A DNA stretch of 64,000 nt from sequence record OZ556245.1, one strand, 5' to 3'. How positions within the stretch are numbered: the first letter of the stretch is position 1; the number at the start of each line of letters is the position of its first letter. A program made the position numbers and the translations under genes. This document shows, one piece after another, positions 48,855-58,401 of this stretch. The notes beneath the pieces were generated by a model. That model saw only the letters and a program-made list of their open reading frames with translations. It made no database searches and had not been told where the DNA came from. This stretch comes from a phage.

Positions 48855-49856
48855 TTACTTAATTAACTGTAAAGCTTGTTCAAGACGATCCAGGCGATTA
48901 ACAGATTCTTCCCAAATCCTTTTAGCTTGCTCATATTCTTTCTGCGCTTTATTAGAAATTTCTAGAACTTCTTTATAAGCTTTTTCTAATGCAATAACTT
49001 CTGGACGAATTTCTACCGGTTCAGGTGAATCGTCAAGACATTCCATTAGTTTCTCAAGGGTAGTTTCTTCTTTAGGAGTATTCACAATTTCTTCACATTT
49101 TTGTTGATAAATTTCTTTATCAGTCGGTGAGTACGCACACTTTACTTCACGGAGACTAACTACAATTTTATATCCTTCCCAACCGCATATATTCTTAAAA
49201 GGATAAGTATGAATATTTTCTACTGTTTCCATACAAAGTAATGCGGTCTCTAACTGACGAGTTATATCGCTAGCAATTGAGAAAAATTTATTAATGTTCT
49301 TTTGATTAGCTTCTGGTGTAAAAAATTCATAATTCACAAAAATAGCTGCTTTATTTTTATCAAGTTCATATTCTTTTATGATAATCATATCAGAAGCCCA
49401 AGGATGAATTTGACGATAATCGCCATAGCATAATTTAGAAGCTGATTTTAGAATTTGCTTTTTGAAAAGTCTGAAATTACTAATCCAACGACGAGTAAAA
49501 ATATTCTCAGGGTCTTCTTTATTATTAAGATGATATGAATTAACATCACCGAACCAATTATATCCTACTACATCTTTAGTTCGTTTAATTTCTTTCCCAA
49601 ATTTACCGAGAATATCTTGGTTAACTAAATATGAAAGAAGACGAGAACCTTTGAAGGTTTCCTTAATATCATCTTTATATTCGCGACTAGAAATTTTATG
49701 AACTTCATGAATAAATTTGTTGGAAGAGACAATACTTGCATCAGTATTATTGAGCCATTGATTGATAATGGAAATAACACTATTCTGACTAGACACAGGT
49801 TTAACTTTATCATCAATAACGCTATTGAATGATTTGATATATTCGTTACGAGTCAT
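48855..49856 (-). CDS. hypothetical protein with C-terminal coiled coil (about 333 aa)
   Basis: ORF track 48855..49907 trimmed: first 17 codons are promoter sequence; ATG with GAGGAG SD. Confidence 0.55.
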   Translation of the reverse strand: MTRNEYIKSFNSVIDDKVKPVSSQNSVISIINQWLNNTDASIVSSNKFIHEVHKISSREYKDDIKETFKGSRLLSYLVNQDILGKFGKEIKRTKDVVGYNWFGDVNSYHLNNKEDPENIFTRRWISNFRLFKKQILKSASKLCYGDYRQIHPWASDMIIIKEYELDKNKAAIFVNYEFFTPEANQKNINKFFSIASDITRQLETALLCMETVENIHTYPFKNICGWEGYKIVVSLREVKCAYSPTDKEIYQQKCEEIVNTPKEETTLEKLMECLDDSPEPVEIRPEVIALEKAYKEVLEISNKAQKEYEQAKRIWEESVNRLDRLEQALQLIK

Positions 49857-49885
49857 ATTAATCTCCTCAGTAGAAAGTAAGAACA

Positions 49886-49914
49886 TTATACCACATCCTT
49901 GTGGCAAAGTAAAC
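49886..49914 (-). promoter_or_regulatory. early promoter
   Basis: GTTTAC - 17 nt - TGGTATAAT. Confidence 0.55.
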
Positions 49915-50936
49915 TAGTTTAGTGCATTTAGTGCATTGTTCAGTTTAGAACGTTGCTTCGTAAGATTTTTGACTTTTTCTTGAGCTTTTTCTAGCATCTT
50001 TTCAGCTTCTAACACTTCATTAGTTGCTTTAACGAGTTCATCATCTACTGCCTTGATAGACTTCTCAATCGCATCCGCATGCCATTTTTCAACAGGTTTA
50101 AGACTCGGATTTTCAACAGGAAGAAAATTCACTTTATTGAATTTCCATGCATCTTTATTACTTGAACTATACATCCAAAATTTAGGATCGTTTGATGAGT
50201 AATTGGATAAATTTAAGTTATCTTGCACTTCCTGCTTTTTCTCTTGTGGGACTTCGTCCTTTCTCAAAAAATCGTATTTAAATGAAACGATCATATCAAG
50301 TTCATACGTTGTTGTATGTTCCCAATTTCGCTCAAAATGAGGTAAAATCTTAGACTGAACAGCGGCAACAACATCCATATACTTAAATGCTTCTGTCAAC
50401 TGTGATTTAAGGCATTCGCAAATTGAAAGAGAATTTTTTGTATTAGGTTTAAAGCTAATTCGCGCAGTTCTGTTATTTTCTTTTAATGGTCTTACTTCCA
50501 TCTGAAGAGTATAATCATCAAATTTCAGATTCTTTAAGTTAATATCAGAACCTTTTAATCGACTCGCAATTGATAAAATTTGTTTTAATTGTTTACGGAA
50601 TAGAGCAATAAATCTCCATTCAATACGATAATGATTTGGATTGAAAAATCCAGATGATAAATCGACCTTACTTTGACCAACGCCTTGAACAAATAGAGGA
50701 TTTTTATAATCAATAGTTTTACAGAAATCGGTGAGCTGCTCACGAGCAGTCATTTGTGTAATATATCCTGCTTGGTTAAAATTGCGCACCCATTCACTGC
50801 TGTTCAGATGTTTAAAGGCATGAATGGAACAATTAACTTTACCAAGGTCTAAATTATTTTCACACAAAAACGTCATAGCATCACGAGTATAGCTGGCATT
50901 ACGAACCATATCTTCAATTTGAGAACGAGTTTTCAT
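49914..50936 (-). CDS. hypothetical protein with C-terminal coiled coil (340 aa)
   Basis: ORF track. Confidence 0.55.
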   Translation of the reverse strand: MKTRSQIEDMVRNASYTRDAMTFLCENNLDLGKVNCSIHAFKHLNSSEWVRNFNQAGYITQMTAREQLTDFCKTIDYKNPLFVQGVGQSKVDLSSGFFNPNHYRIEWRFIALFRKQLKQILSIASRLKGSDINLKNLKFDDYTLQMEVRPLKENNRTARISFKPNTKNSLSICECLKSQLTEAFKYMDVVAAVQSKILPHFERNWEHTTTYELDMIVSFKYDFLRKDEVPQEKKQEVQDNLNLSNYSSNDPKFWMYSSSNKDAWKFNKVNFLPVENPSLKPVEKWHADAIEKSIKAVDDELVKATNEVLEAEKMLEKAQEKVKNLTKQRSKLNNALNALN

Positions 50937-50944
50937 GGTGTTCC

Positions 50945-51856
50945 TTAAGATTTAAGTAAATCGACAATTTTAATTAACTTTTCACGCTCAGATTTAGCTT
51001 TACTACTCAGTCCAGATAGTCTGAAAATTTCATCATCATATTGTTGAATAGAAATATTCAGCTCTTCAATTTGCTTATTAAAATAATCAATTTGTTCAGA
51101 ATGTTTTTCGTTACTACGAACTGGTACAGGTTTCGTAGGCAATGTAGTTGAACTGGATTCATCCGGGCGGTAAATTAAAATACAACTTGAACCAATAGGG
51201 CATTTTGCACCAGATGAATATTCTAATGTTCCAGATTCTTTTAAAACTTCAAAAGCTAAACAGAGATGATGCCCCATATTAATATAATCTGTAGAGCGAG
51301 CTCTGATGTAATAATCATCGCCACGAATACTAAATTTAAAGCATTTAAGGTCTTCTGTATTATTGGTCTTAAAAATCATTTGTTTATCTAGACCTTTAGC
51401 TAATCGAGCGCCTAATGCTAATAATCGTCTTTGATTTTCCCACAAATCCGCAATCATTTGATCGAATGATAATTTTGGCATCAGTCGACCATAAAGGTCA
51501 TATCCTTTATTATAATTACGAAGGATTTCATTCGCGTTAATACGAGACAATGCTCCAATTTTATTAAGGGCTTTCATAATGCGATTAGATAAACTCATTC
51601 CAGATCCGTTTGTTCGCTGCAAATGTTTTTCTAATCCAAATCCAATATCAACTTTAAACTTATCTAAAATTTCTGCATGAACATCTCTGTCGATAACATT
51701 CAAATCCAAAGTTGAGTTAAATCTATGAAAAAATTTATCTGGCTCTGCACTGCGAAATACAGTCCATTCATTCATCATTTTTTTATTAACTAAAGATTTA
51801 ATTACTGCATTGACATTATTAATTACTACTGACATATTTTCCTCACTCAATTTCAA
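50945..51856 (-). CDS. hypothetical protein with C-terminal coiled coil (303 aa)
   Basis: ORF track. Confidence 0.55.
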   Translation of the reverse strand: MKLSEENMSVVINNVNAVIKSLVNKKMMNEWTVFRSAEPDKFFHRFNSTLDLNVIDRDVHAEILDKFKVDIGFGLEKHLQRTNGSGMSLSNRIMKALNKIGALSRINANEILRNYNKGYDLYGRLMPKLSFDQMIADLWENQRRLLALGARLAKGLDKQMIFKTNNTEDLKCFKFSIRGDDYYIRARSTDYINMGHHLCLAFEVLKESGTLEYSSGAKCPIGSSCILIYRPDESSSTTLPTKPVPVRSNEKHSEQIDYFNKQIEELNISIQQYDDEIFRLSGLSSKAKSEREKLIKIVDLLKS

Positions 51857-52250
51857 TTTTACTAAATATACAGAATAAGATGGAACAGACTATATAAGCA
51901 CCACACACAGATTGAACTAATACCATTCCAAAGAACCAAACAATATTATCAAACAATGTCTGTTTTACGTCGAAAGGACGTAAACTTACAGTAATATTAT
52001 CACCTTTTTCTATTGAAGAATACATCTCTGGGGAAATATATTCACTAAATCTATAACCGTCTTTTAGTTCATATACGGCAATAAACGATAAACTAGACCC
52101 TTTTCCTTGTGTTCCTGTAATGGTATTAACTACAGTAACATCATAATCTTTATAATGCATATAATCATTAATTGCGTAATAACCATATGCAATTACTACA
52201 CATAAACAACATATCAATAAATTCAATCTTTTAATTATCAACTGTTTCAT
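51843..52250 (-). CDS. membrane protein (135 aa)
   Basis: two predicted transmembrane segments. Confidence 0.5.
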   Translation of the reverse strand: MKQLIIKRLNLLICCLCVVIAYGYYAINDYMHYKDYDVTVVNTITGTQGKGSSLSFIAVYELKDGYRFSEYISPEMYSSIEKGDNITVSLRPFDVKQTLFDNIVWFFGMVLVQSVCGAYIVCSILFCIFSKIEIE

Positions 52251-52305
52251 AATAATCTCAATTAAAAGGGCTTAGAACCATTATACCATCCTTGGTATAA
52301 AGCGG

Positions 52306-52833
52306 TTATGCGAGTACCGTCTTTAACCGTTCTTCAAACTTCCGAAGAGTATTTTGGCGTTCAGCTCTTTGCTTTTTGTAAGTTTCAATACGCTCTGAAA
52401 TGAGAGAGTATCGTTCATTTACTGATTCTTTCATAAAATCAGGAATTTCACGAGAAGCTTTAATCTCGTCAAATTTATCAATAACAGCCTGCTCTTCAGC
52501 AATTAAGTTATCATACATTAAAATATCTTTCTTGATGAACTCAATATCTTCTTGAGTTACACGAGATAATTTAGATGCTTTATCCTTTTTGTACTGTTCG
52601 TTAGTATCACGAGACCAGTGTAATGTACGATTTTTATTCGTATTTTTGTAAATTTCTACAATACCGATCTCATCGATAATAACGATCCAATTCCAACGGG
52701 ATTTGTAAATTTGTCCTCCATCAACAGTGATTTCACCTCCAATTGAGATGTCATTAAAGAACTTGCTTTGCGCTTCAGATTTAAATTTACCATCGTTGTA
52801 ATTTACCAAGTTGAAAATATCTTTAGCGTTCAT
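52306..52833 (-). CDS. hypothetical protein with C-terminal coiled coil (175 aa)
   Basis: ORF track; directly follows conserved promoter-leader cassette. Confidence 0.55.
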   Translation of the reverse strand: MNAKDIFNLVNYNDGKFKSEAQSKFFNDISIGGEITVDGGQIYKSRWNWIVIIDEIGIVEIYKNTNKNRTLHWSRDTNEQYKKDKASKLSRVTQEDIEFIKKDILMYDNLIAEEQAVIDKFDEIKASREIPDFMKESVNERYSLISERIETYKKQRAERQNTLRKFEERLKTVLA

Positions 52834-52859
52834 TTTGTGTTCCTCCGTAGTTGATAGTT

Positions 52860-52891
52860 GTATAGTACCACAGAGGAACAGTCTTGTAAAC
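52860..52891 (-). promoter_or_regulatory. early promoter with conserved leader (cassette copy)
   Basis: near-identical to cassette at 1000..1032. Confidence 0.5.
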
Positions 52892-52893
52892 CA

Positions 52894-53208
52894 CTAAAAG
52901 AAACTTCTTTCACATTTTTTTCCACTGAACCATGCACTTACCGCTTTCTTGGTCTCAGGAGCAGTGTTATCCATAAACCATTCAAAGGCAGCCTTTTTAT
53001 GATTCTGGAGGGCTTCTCGGGCTTTAATCTGCTCACGGTCTATTAACACTAACATATGAGCCTTTCTTGTCACCATGGGCTTCTTATGATTTTTTGAATA
53101 CTCCCAGTCATTTGTCCATCGCATTGTCGTTGCGAACTGAAATACTGCTTCTTTAATTTTAGTTTCGTAAATTTCACGAGCCTTTGAGTATAACATCACT
53201 ACCTCCAT
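52894..53208 (-). CDS. hypothetical protein (104 aa)
   Basis: ORF track. Confidence 0.45.
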   Translation of the reverse strand: MEVVMLYSKAREIYETKIKEAVFQFATTMRWTNDWEYSKNHKKPMVTRKAHMLVLIDREQIKAREALQNHKKAAFEWFMDNTAPETKKAVSAWFSGKKCERSFF

Positions 53209-53297
53209 TCACCAGTTTAATTCTAGTCATCTTTTTAATGGCAGTCCATATAATCTATTTCTGAACTGCCTTTTTGTCATAGAAGTCCTCTTATGAA

Positions 53298-54284
53298 TTA
53301 TTTCAGAAGAGTAACCTCAGCAATTTCTTCCCAACCGTTTTTGTCGGTCATAATAAAGTCAGCAAGATAAAGAGCAGTACGCAGTGAAACATTGCGTAAA
53401 CGATTAACATTAACTTTCATCCATGATAATGCTTTATAAGTTTCTTCATCAGAAAGACCGCGCTTTTGCATCATGTCAGTTGAAAGAATAACATCTTCAA
53501 CCCTGACCATAATTTCTTCATTAGTGTGAACACCCAAATCTAAATAAACCGAGCGGGACACTAATGCTTGTAAATGTGGAGCAAGTTTAGTACCACGGTC
53601 TAATTCGCGGTCAATGTCAACGTTTGTGATAAAAACAATCGTTCCTTTAAATTCAAACTCACGCTCAATGCCTTTTTCTTCTAAGTAAGAAGACGCAGTG
53701 CTCCAGCAGACTTTACGGGTCTCTCCAGTGTCCAGAGCGGCTTTTAGAAGATTAAGAATATCCATATCAGAGAAAACATCCACATCATCAATCAAAAGGA
53801 CAGAATTCTCTTCACGATTATTCCAAAGCTGCTCATAAAGACCAATACCAGAGATTTTACCATTAATGCTTTTATATTCAATGTATCCAATATCATTTGC
53901 TTTATTCAAAGCTTTATCTAAAGAATACGTTTTACCAATACCTGCTGCGCCAGAGATAATTAATGAACGAATATTTCCATTAATAATACCATTCGTCATC
54001 ATTCCCATAACATTAAATCTTTTATTAATGCGGGTTTTCATATCTTCATATGATTCTTTAACTTCTTCAACTTTTACACCATCATATGAAATATCTGATT
54101 TGTAAACCCAAACACCGCGACGCTTACCGTCAATTTCAACAAAAACTTTACCATCTCCTTGTGCATCTACCGGAGCATTATCTGGGAACCATTCGCCTAA
54201 GAGCTCAAAAGTTCCAGAGATTTCTTTACCGAAGTAGATACCCTTATTGATAGTTACAGTTTTCATTTTATTCTCCAATTTCAC
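53298..54284 (-). CDS. AAA+ family ATPase (328 aa)
   Basis: Walker A GAAGIGKT, Walker B VLLIDDVD, sensor-1-like FITN. Confidence 0.65.
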   Translation of the reverse strand: MKLENKMKTVTINKGIYFGKEISGTFELLGEWFPDNAPVDAQGDGKVFVEIDGKRRGVWVYKSDISYDGVKVEEVKESYEDMKTRINKRFNVMGMMTNGIINGNIRSLIISGAAGIGKTYSLDKALNKANDIGYIEYKSINGKISGIGLYEQLWNNREENSVLLIDDVDVFSDMDILNLLKAALDTGETRKVCWSTASSYLEEKGIEREFEFKGTIVFITNVDIDRELDRGTKLAPHLQALVSRSVYLDLGVHTNEEIMVRVEDVILSTDMMQKRGLSDEETYKALSWMKVNVNRLRNVSLRTALYLADFIMTDKNGWEEIAEVTLLK

Positions 54285-54335
54285 ATTTGTTTTGATAGGG
54301 TAATAGTATCACACTACTACCCTACTGTAAACAAT

Positions 54336-54599
54336 TTATTTTAATGTTTGCCAAATTTTTACTGCTTCGCGACGAGATACTTCTACAGCTCCAAGTTCTA
54401 CGGCTTTTTGGCGTCGGCGAGCATGTAAGTCATAATGTTTAATGCGTTTATCTTGAAACCAAGAACGTTTCATTCCTATTGCTTCTGCCATTTTATGAAG
54501 CTCTTCAATATCTCCATCAGTGAACATATGACAATTTTTAGTTGGATGACCGCGAAGTTTCCATCCATGATTCATTAAAACATCTACGTAAACTGTCAT
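54336..54599 (-). CDS. DUF4031-like small protein (87 aa)
   Basis: MTVYVD...CHMFTDGDIEELHKMAEAIGMKRSWFQ...HYDL pattern; translationally coupled to upstream 49-aa ORF. Confidence 0.5.
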   Translation of the reverse strand: MTVYVDVLMNHGWKLRGHPTKNCHMFTDGDIEELHKMAEAIGMKRSWFQDKRIKHYDLHARRRQKAVELGAVEVSRREAVKIWQTLK

Positions 54600-54745
54600 T
54601 GATTCTGCTCCAAATATGTTTCTATAATTTTCTGAGCGAGATAAACTGCGTTATCTTCAGTTGCATCTTCTAAGAAATTTTCAAAATAAACTGAAATTTC
54701 TTCTGTGTCAATCAACTTTTTTACTTCAATTAACGTAGTTTTCAT
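54596..54745 (-). CDS. small acidic protein (49 aa)
   Basis: hand-translated MKTTLIEVKKLIDTEEISVYFENFLEDATEDNAVYLAQKIIETYLEQNQ; ATG directly after conserved leader GGGGAATAAA; stop overlaps next ATG. Confidence 0.4.
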   Translation of the reverse strand: MKTTLIEVKKLIDTEEISVYFENFLEDATEDNAVYLAQKIIETYLEQNQ

Positions 54746-54777
54746 TTTATTCCCCAAATCCGTATCAGTTGATAGTT

Positions 54778-54809
54778 GTATAGTACCATAAAGCTTTATG
54801 CTTGTAAAC
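54778..54809 (-). promoter_or_regulatory. early promoter with conserved leader (cassette copy)
   Basis: GTTTAC ... GGTACTATAC plus leader ending GGGGAATAAA. Confidence 0.5.
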
Positions 54810-54839
54810 CGTTTTGTGAAAAAATTTTGAAATAAAAAA

Positions 54840-54860
54840 GGGAGCCCGAAGGCTCCCTAT
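54840..54860 (-). terminator. UUCG-tetraloop hairpin after nucleotidyltransferase gene
   Basis: AGGGAGCCUUCGGGCUCCCUUUUUU. Confidence 0.6.
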
Positions 54861-55873
54861 CATTTATAATAACTTCGATGGTTTTCAAGATAAACCCTCT
54901 CAAGGAAGTCATCCCAAAAACACATGTCTACTTTTTGCTGCATACCGTTCTTAGAAGCTTCAATGGATGCTGCTTCTACTTGATCGACCACATCTTCCAA
55001 AAACTCTTGAACAGTTTTAAATGGATGTTTACCCAACTTCACGTCGAGAATAAATGGAGCGTCTTGAAGTGGATAGACTAAGTCACCAGTTTTGTAAATT
55101 TCCAATAGTTGGAGTCCACCACGGCAAGCATGACTCAGAGCTTTCCAGTCAATGCCCTCATTAGCTTCGGCCTTACGAGCGCGTTCGCCGTATTCAGCAT
55201 CAAGTTTATTCAAAGATTGCTTAAGCTCGATAAGAGAAAGCGTTGTTTGATATTTACGACCCAACACGGTGTAGAACGTTTGTGGGCCTGTTTTCTCATG
55301 ATTATGGAATACCCATTCACAGAATTCGTTCTCTGGAAGACGATGCTTAATATCTTCAACTTTAGTTCGACGCTGCTTAATGGAACCGTCTTCTTGGTAA
55401 TCAACCCATTGCTCAGGGATTTGATTAACTACTTTCAATACATCACGTAATGCGGCCAAACGAGAACCCTTAACACCGTATTTAGAAGCTTGCTTGCGAA
55501 CATATCCTAAATAGGATTTCATGTTAGTCGTATAAAAACGAGAACGATTGTCTTGAATAAACTTCCATACATCAGGCAAATCAGATTTAACCACTAGTTC
55601 CGGTGGAGTGTGGAGCATATCCAATGCTACAGTTTCACCATCTGCAGCTAATTTAAAGAAATACTTAAGACTATATAGTTCATGGTCAATATCATCTTTA
55701 GTGTTTTTAGATGATGTGTTGTTAGTGTTTTTACTCATATGCTCTTTAACATTTCCGATAAGAATATCGCGAGCAGGAGGAACAAAGATTTCTTTAAAAT
55801 CTACATCAGATTCTGGAGTAGAAGTTCCATAAAGATGACTACCAAAATAGCTTTTCATTACTGTTTTCATCAT
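54860..55873 (-). CDS. Pol-beta-superfamily nucleotidyltransferase (337 aa)
   Basis: N-terminal GS-x10-SDVD nucleotidyltransferase signature (GSHLYGTSTPESDVDF). Confidence 0.55.
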   Translation of the reverse strand: MMKTVMKSYFGSHLYGTSTPESDVDFKEIFVPPARDILIGNVKEHMSKNTNNTSSKNTKDDIDHELYSLKYFFKLAADGETVALDMLHTPPELVVKSDLPDVWKFIQDNRSRFYTTNMKSYLGYVRKQASKYGVKGSRLAALRDVLKVVNQIPEQWVDYQEDGSIKQRRTKVEDIKHRLPENEFCEWVFHNHEKTGPQTFYTVLGRKYQTTLSLIELKQSLNKLDAEYGERARKAEANEGIDWKALSHACRGGLQLLEIYKTGDLVYPLQDAPFILDVKLGKHPFKTVQEFLEDVVDQVEAASIEASKNGMQQKVDMCFWDDFLERVYLENHRSYYK

Positions 55874-56355
55874 TCAGCCTTATATTCAATAACAGGACAT
55901 ACTTTAGCTTTACGCGCTTTTAAAAATTCGACGATAATAGATTTCTTGGGTTGAATAGGCTCAAGTCCATTTTTGATTCGTTCTTCGTTTTGTACAATGA
56001 GCTCAATTTCTTTATTGAGCTTTCGGTCGTTATATTTGTCTAACAACCAGGAAGGACCAATTACCGCCCCGACAGCAATAAGAACCATGACCGATAATGC
56101 TAAAATGCCTATACCAATTGAAGCCGGAACTAATGTCCATAGGCTACTAAAGACAAAGAATTTAATTAAAATTTCTTGGCCAATTATTGCGGTACCCGCT
56201 AAAGTTGCAAATCCAACAATTGAAACAGCTAATACCGGGAGAAACGTTTTCCAAAAATAAGCACATAACGTTTTTGGACGATTCCATGTGCTGTTAAATG
56301 CCGAGTAAATTTTATAGTGCCAAGAGTTTTCATTAATAACCATAATTATAATCAT
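55870..56355 (-). CDS. integral membrane protein (161 aa)
   Basis: multiple hydrophobic helices. Confidence 0.5.
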   Translation of the reverse strand: MIIIMVINENSWHYKIYSAFNSTWNRPKTLCAYFWKTFLPVLAVSIVGFATLAGTAIIGQEILIKFFVFSSLWTLVPASIGIGILALSVMVLIAVGAVIGPSWLLDKYNDRKLNKEIELIVQNEERIKNGLEPIQPKKSIIVEFLKARKAKVCPVIEYKAE

Positions 56356-56873
56356 CCTTTCATTGAAGGTGTAACAGTTGTTAAATACTTAATCATAGCT
56401 TCAGCTTCTGATTTTGATAATGAAATTTCTCCATTGTTTTGACGAATAGAAATAAAATCCGGATGACGGTCACCACCAGCTTTTAAAACACACATATAAG
56501 TATCAGTTTCATCTTCAATATCTGAAATGATTGAAGCAGTTCCACATGAATGTGGTTTTTGATAAATCAATGCAGCTTTTCTTCCACCGTTTGACTGTTC
56601 ATAAACTTTTAACACATCAAACAAATCACTTCTTTTGTCAATAGCTAAGATGTTGTTTTCATCTTCAATGTTAAATCCTTCGGATACTTCATAAAGTGTC
56701 ACCCATAAATCACCTATATCAATAACAGCGTTCACTTTTCCATGACTTTCAAGAGCATGACAAATTTTCTTGATTTCATCATAACTCATTTTAATAATAT
56801 CATCTCCTTGAATAAGAAAGATGTCATTTTTAAATTCAACACGAATTAAACCGCTTTCACTTGAAATAAACAT
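56352..56873 (-). CDS. hypothetical protein (173 aa), paralog of next gene
   Basis: C-terminal SKSEAEAMIKYLTTVTPSM matches TKDEAIALKTYLDSVIPTM in 56880..57443. Confidence 0.5.
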   Translation of the reverse strand: MFISSESGLIRVEFKNDIFLIQGDDIIKMSYDEIKKICHALESHGKVNAVIDIGDLWVTLYEVSEGFNIEDENNILAIDKRSDLFDVLKVYEQSNGGRKAALIYQKPHSCGTASIISDIEDETDTYMCVLKAGGDRHPDFISIRQNNGEISLSKSEAEAMIKYLTTVTPSMKG

Positions 56874-56879
56874 ATTTCC

Positions 56880-57443
56880 TCACTTTGAAATCATAGTTGG
56901 AATGACAGAATCGAGATAAGTCTTTAGCGCAATAGCTTCGTCTTTGGTAAATGTGACAATATGTGAACGAAAATCATCAATTTGACGAATAGTTAAGACA
57001 TCTCCATCTTCATAGCATTTTGACACATTTAAAACAGTTTCATCATTTTGATCGCACTGATCGCAAGCGTTAGTAATAATAGCATTGCAATTTTTGAGCC
57101 ATTTTAAACTATGTTTTCTTTCATTAGAATAATAAAAATATTTAATCTTATCTATAAAACTATCCCAATGGATAACTGATAAACACATTGACTCACTTTT
57201 AATATTAAATCCTGGACATGAAGAATAAAAATGAATTTTGTGCTCATCATTGATGCTTACTATTTTATCAGTATAAGGATATTCAATTTGGGTTAAATGA
57301 ATGATTTCGCTAGGAGTAAAATATAGCATATCATCTTCTTGTGTCAAGCGATACATGTTATTTACTTTTTCTATAGCCAATTCACCAAAAAGCGGACTAA
57401 CTTCTAATACTAATCGTTTCATATTAATCCTTTTTACTGACAT
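56880..57443 (-). CDS. hypothetical Cys-rich protein (187 aa), paralog of previous gene
   Basis: shared C-terminal motif. Confidence 0.5.
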   Translation of the reverse strand: MSVKRINMKRLVLEVSPLFGELAIEKVNNMYRLTQEDDMLYFTPSEIIHLTQIEYPYTDKIVSINDEHKIHFYSSCPGFNIKSESMCLSVIHWDSFIDKIKYFYYSNERKHSLKWLKNCNAIITNACDQCDQNDETVLNVSKCYEDGDVLTIRQIDDFRSHIVTFTKDEAIALKTYLDSVIPTMISK

Positions 57444-57702
57444 AAATTTGTTCTAAAATTTTAGAGTATTCCTTTGTATCAGATTTACGCACAATCGATA
57501 CGCTATAAGGCATACTATCAGTGTCTTTTATAAAGCGTTCCAAATGACACTCTAACAAAATTTCTGGATTATAAATCGTGTACATCAAATTACCTGTTGC
57601 TCCACGATATTGGCAGATTTCTACTGATTGAGCATCATTCCACAATTTTGTTAAGACTAAATCACCTACTTCTAATTTCGGAAAGCTCACATTATTCACC
57701 AA
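57424..57702 (-). CDS. hypothetical protein (92 aa)
   Basis: ORF track. Confidence 0.45.
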   Translation of the reverse strand: MVNNVSFPKLEVGDLVLTKLWNDAQSVEICQYRGATGNLMYTIYNPEILLECHLERFIKDTDSMPYSVSIVRKSDTKEYSKILEQIYVSKKD

Positions 57703-57877
57703 TTAAAGTTTCAATATAAGAATCAAGATTTACTTTAGCTTCTTCCATAAGAGTTTTGTATTTAATCTTGTTAGCATATCCAGAGAAAGCTGATTCATCA
57801 ATAACTGTTGATGTATGAACAGCTTTACTATACATCTCAATTAATTCTCTTAATTTAAAAGCCTGCTCACTTGTCAT
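57692..57877 (-). CDS. small helical protein, S/T-x-EQ family (61 aa)
   Basis: N-terminus MTSEQAFKLRELIE; early promoter upstream. Confidence 0.45.
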   Translation of the reverse strand: MTSEQAFKLRELIEMYSKAVHTSTVIDESAFSGYANKIKYKTLMEEAKVNLDSYIETLIGE

Positions 57878-58006
57878 TACATACTCCTTTGAATAATATC
57901 AATAATGTTATTCACCAAATTATACGTAAACATTGGGTAATTATATTGAATCATCACATACACAACAAACAAAACTTTCATTCTCTTCTCCTTGGCAGTT
58001 GACAAG

Positions 58007-58039
58007 ATTACTATACCATAACCTTGCCAACTTGTAAAC
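58007..58039 (-). promoter_or_regulatory. early promoter
   Basis: GTTTAC ... TGGTATAGT. Confidence 0.5.
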
Positions 58040-58041
58040 CA

Positions 58042-58215
58042 TTAAATGACGTTTTCAATAAAATTCTGAAGCTTTGTGTGAGCATCAACCATGATTTTCA
58101 TTTCTTCCTTTGCGAAAGCTGTACCTCTTTCCCGAGCAGAATACTCATAGTCAGAAACTGCATTAGCATATTCTTCAATTAGCTTCATTAAAAACATCTG
58201 CTTTTCAGTTTTCAT
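58042..58215 (-). CDS. small helical protein, S/T-x-EQ-like family (57 aa)
   Basis: hand-translated MKTEKQMFLMKLIEEYANAV...; not in track. Confidence 0.35.
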   Translation of the reverse strand: MKTEKQMFLMKLIEEYANAVSDYEYSARERGTAFAKEEMKIMVDAHTKLQNFIENVI

Positions 58216-58399
58216 TATTCCACCTAATCATTTCAAGATATTGAACTAACTTAGCTTTGGATTTATCCAAATCCTTTTTAGTTGCTTCTATACCATCGTA
58301 TGAGTATCCTTCACAATGCTCAACTGCTAATTGGTATGAATCTATTTCAATATCACGTGCTAATTTAATGATTTTTTCAAACTGTTCACTTGTCAGCAT
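58205..58399 (-). CDS. small helical protein, S/T-x-EQ family (64 aa)
   Basis: N-terminus MLTSEQFEKIIKLARDI. Confidence 0.45.
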   Translation of the reverse strand: MLTSEQFEKIIKLARDIEIDSYQLAVEHCEGYSYDGIEATKKDLDKSKAKLVQYLEMIRWNNEN

Positions 58400-58401
58400 A
58401 C

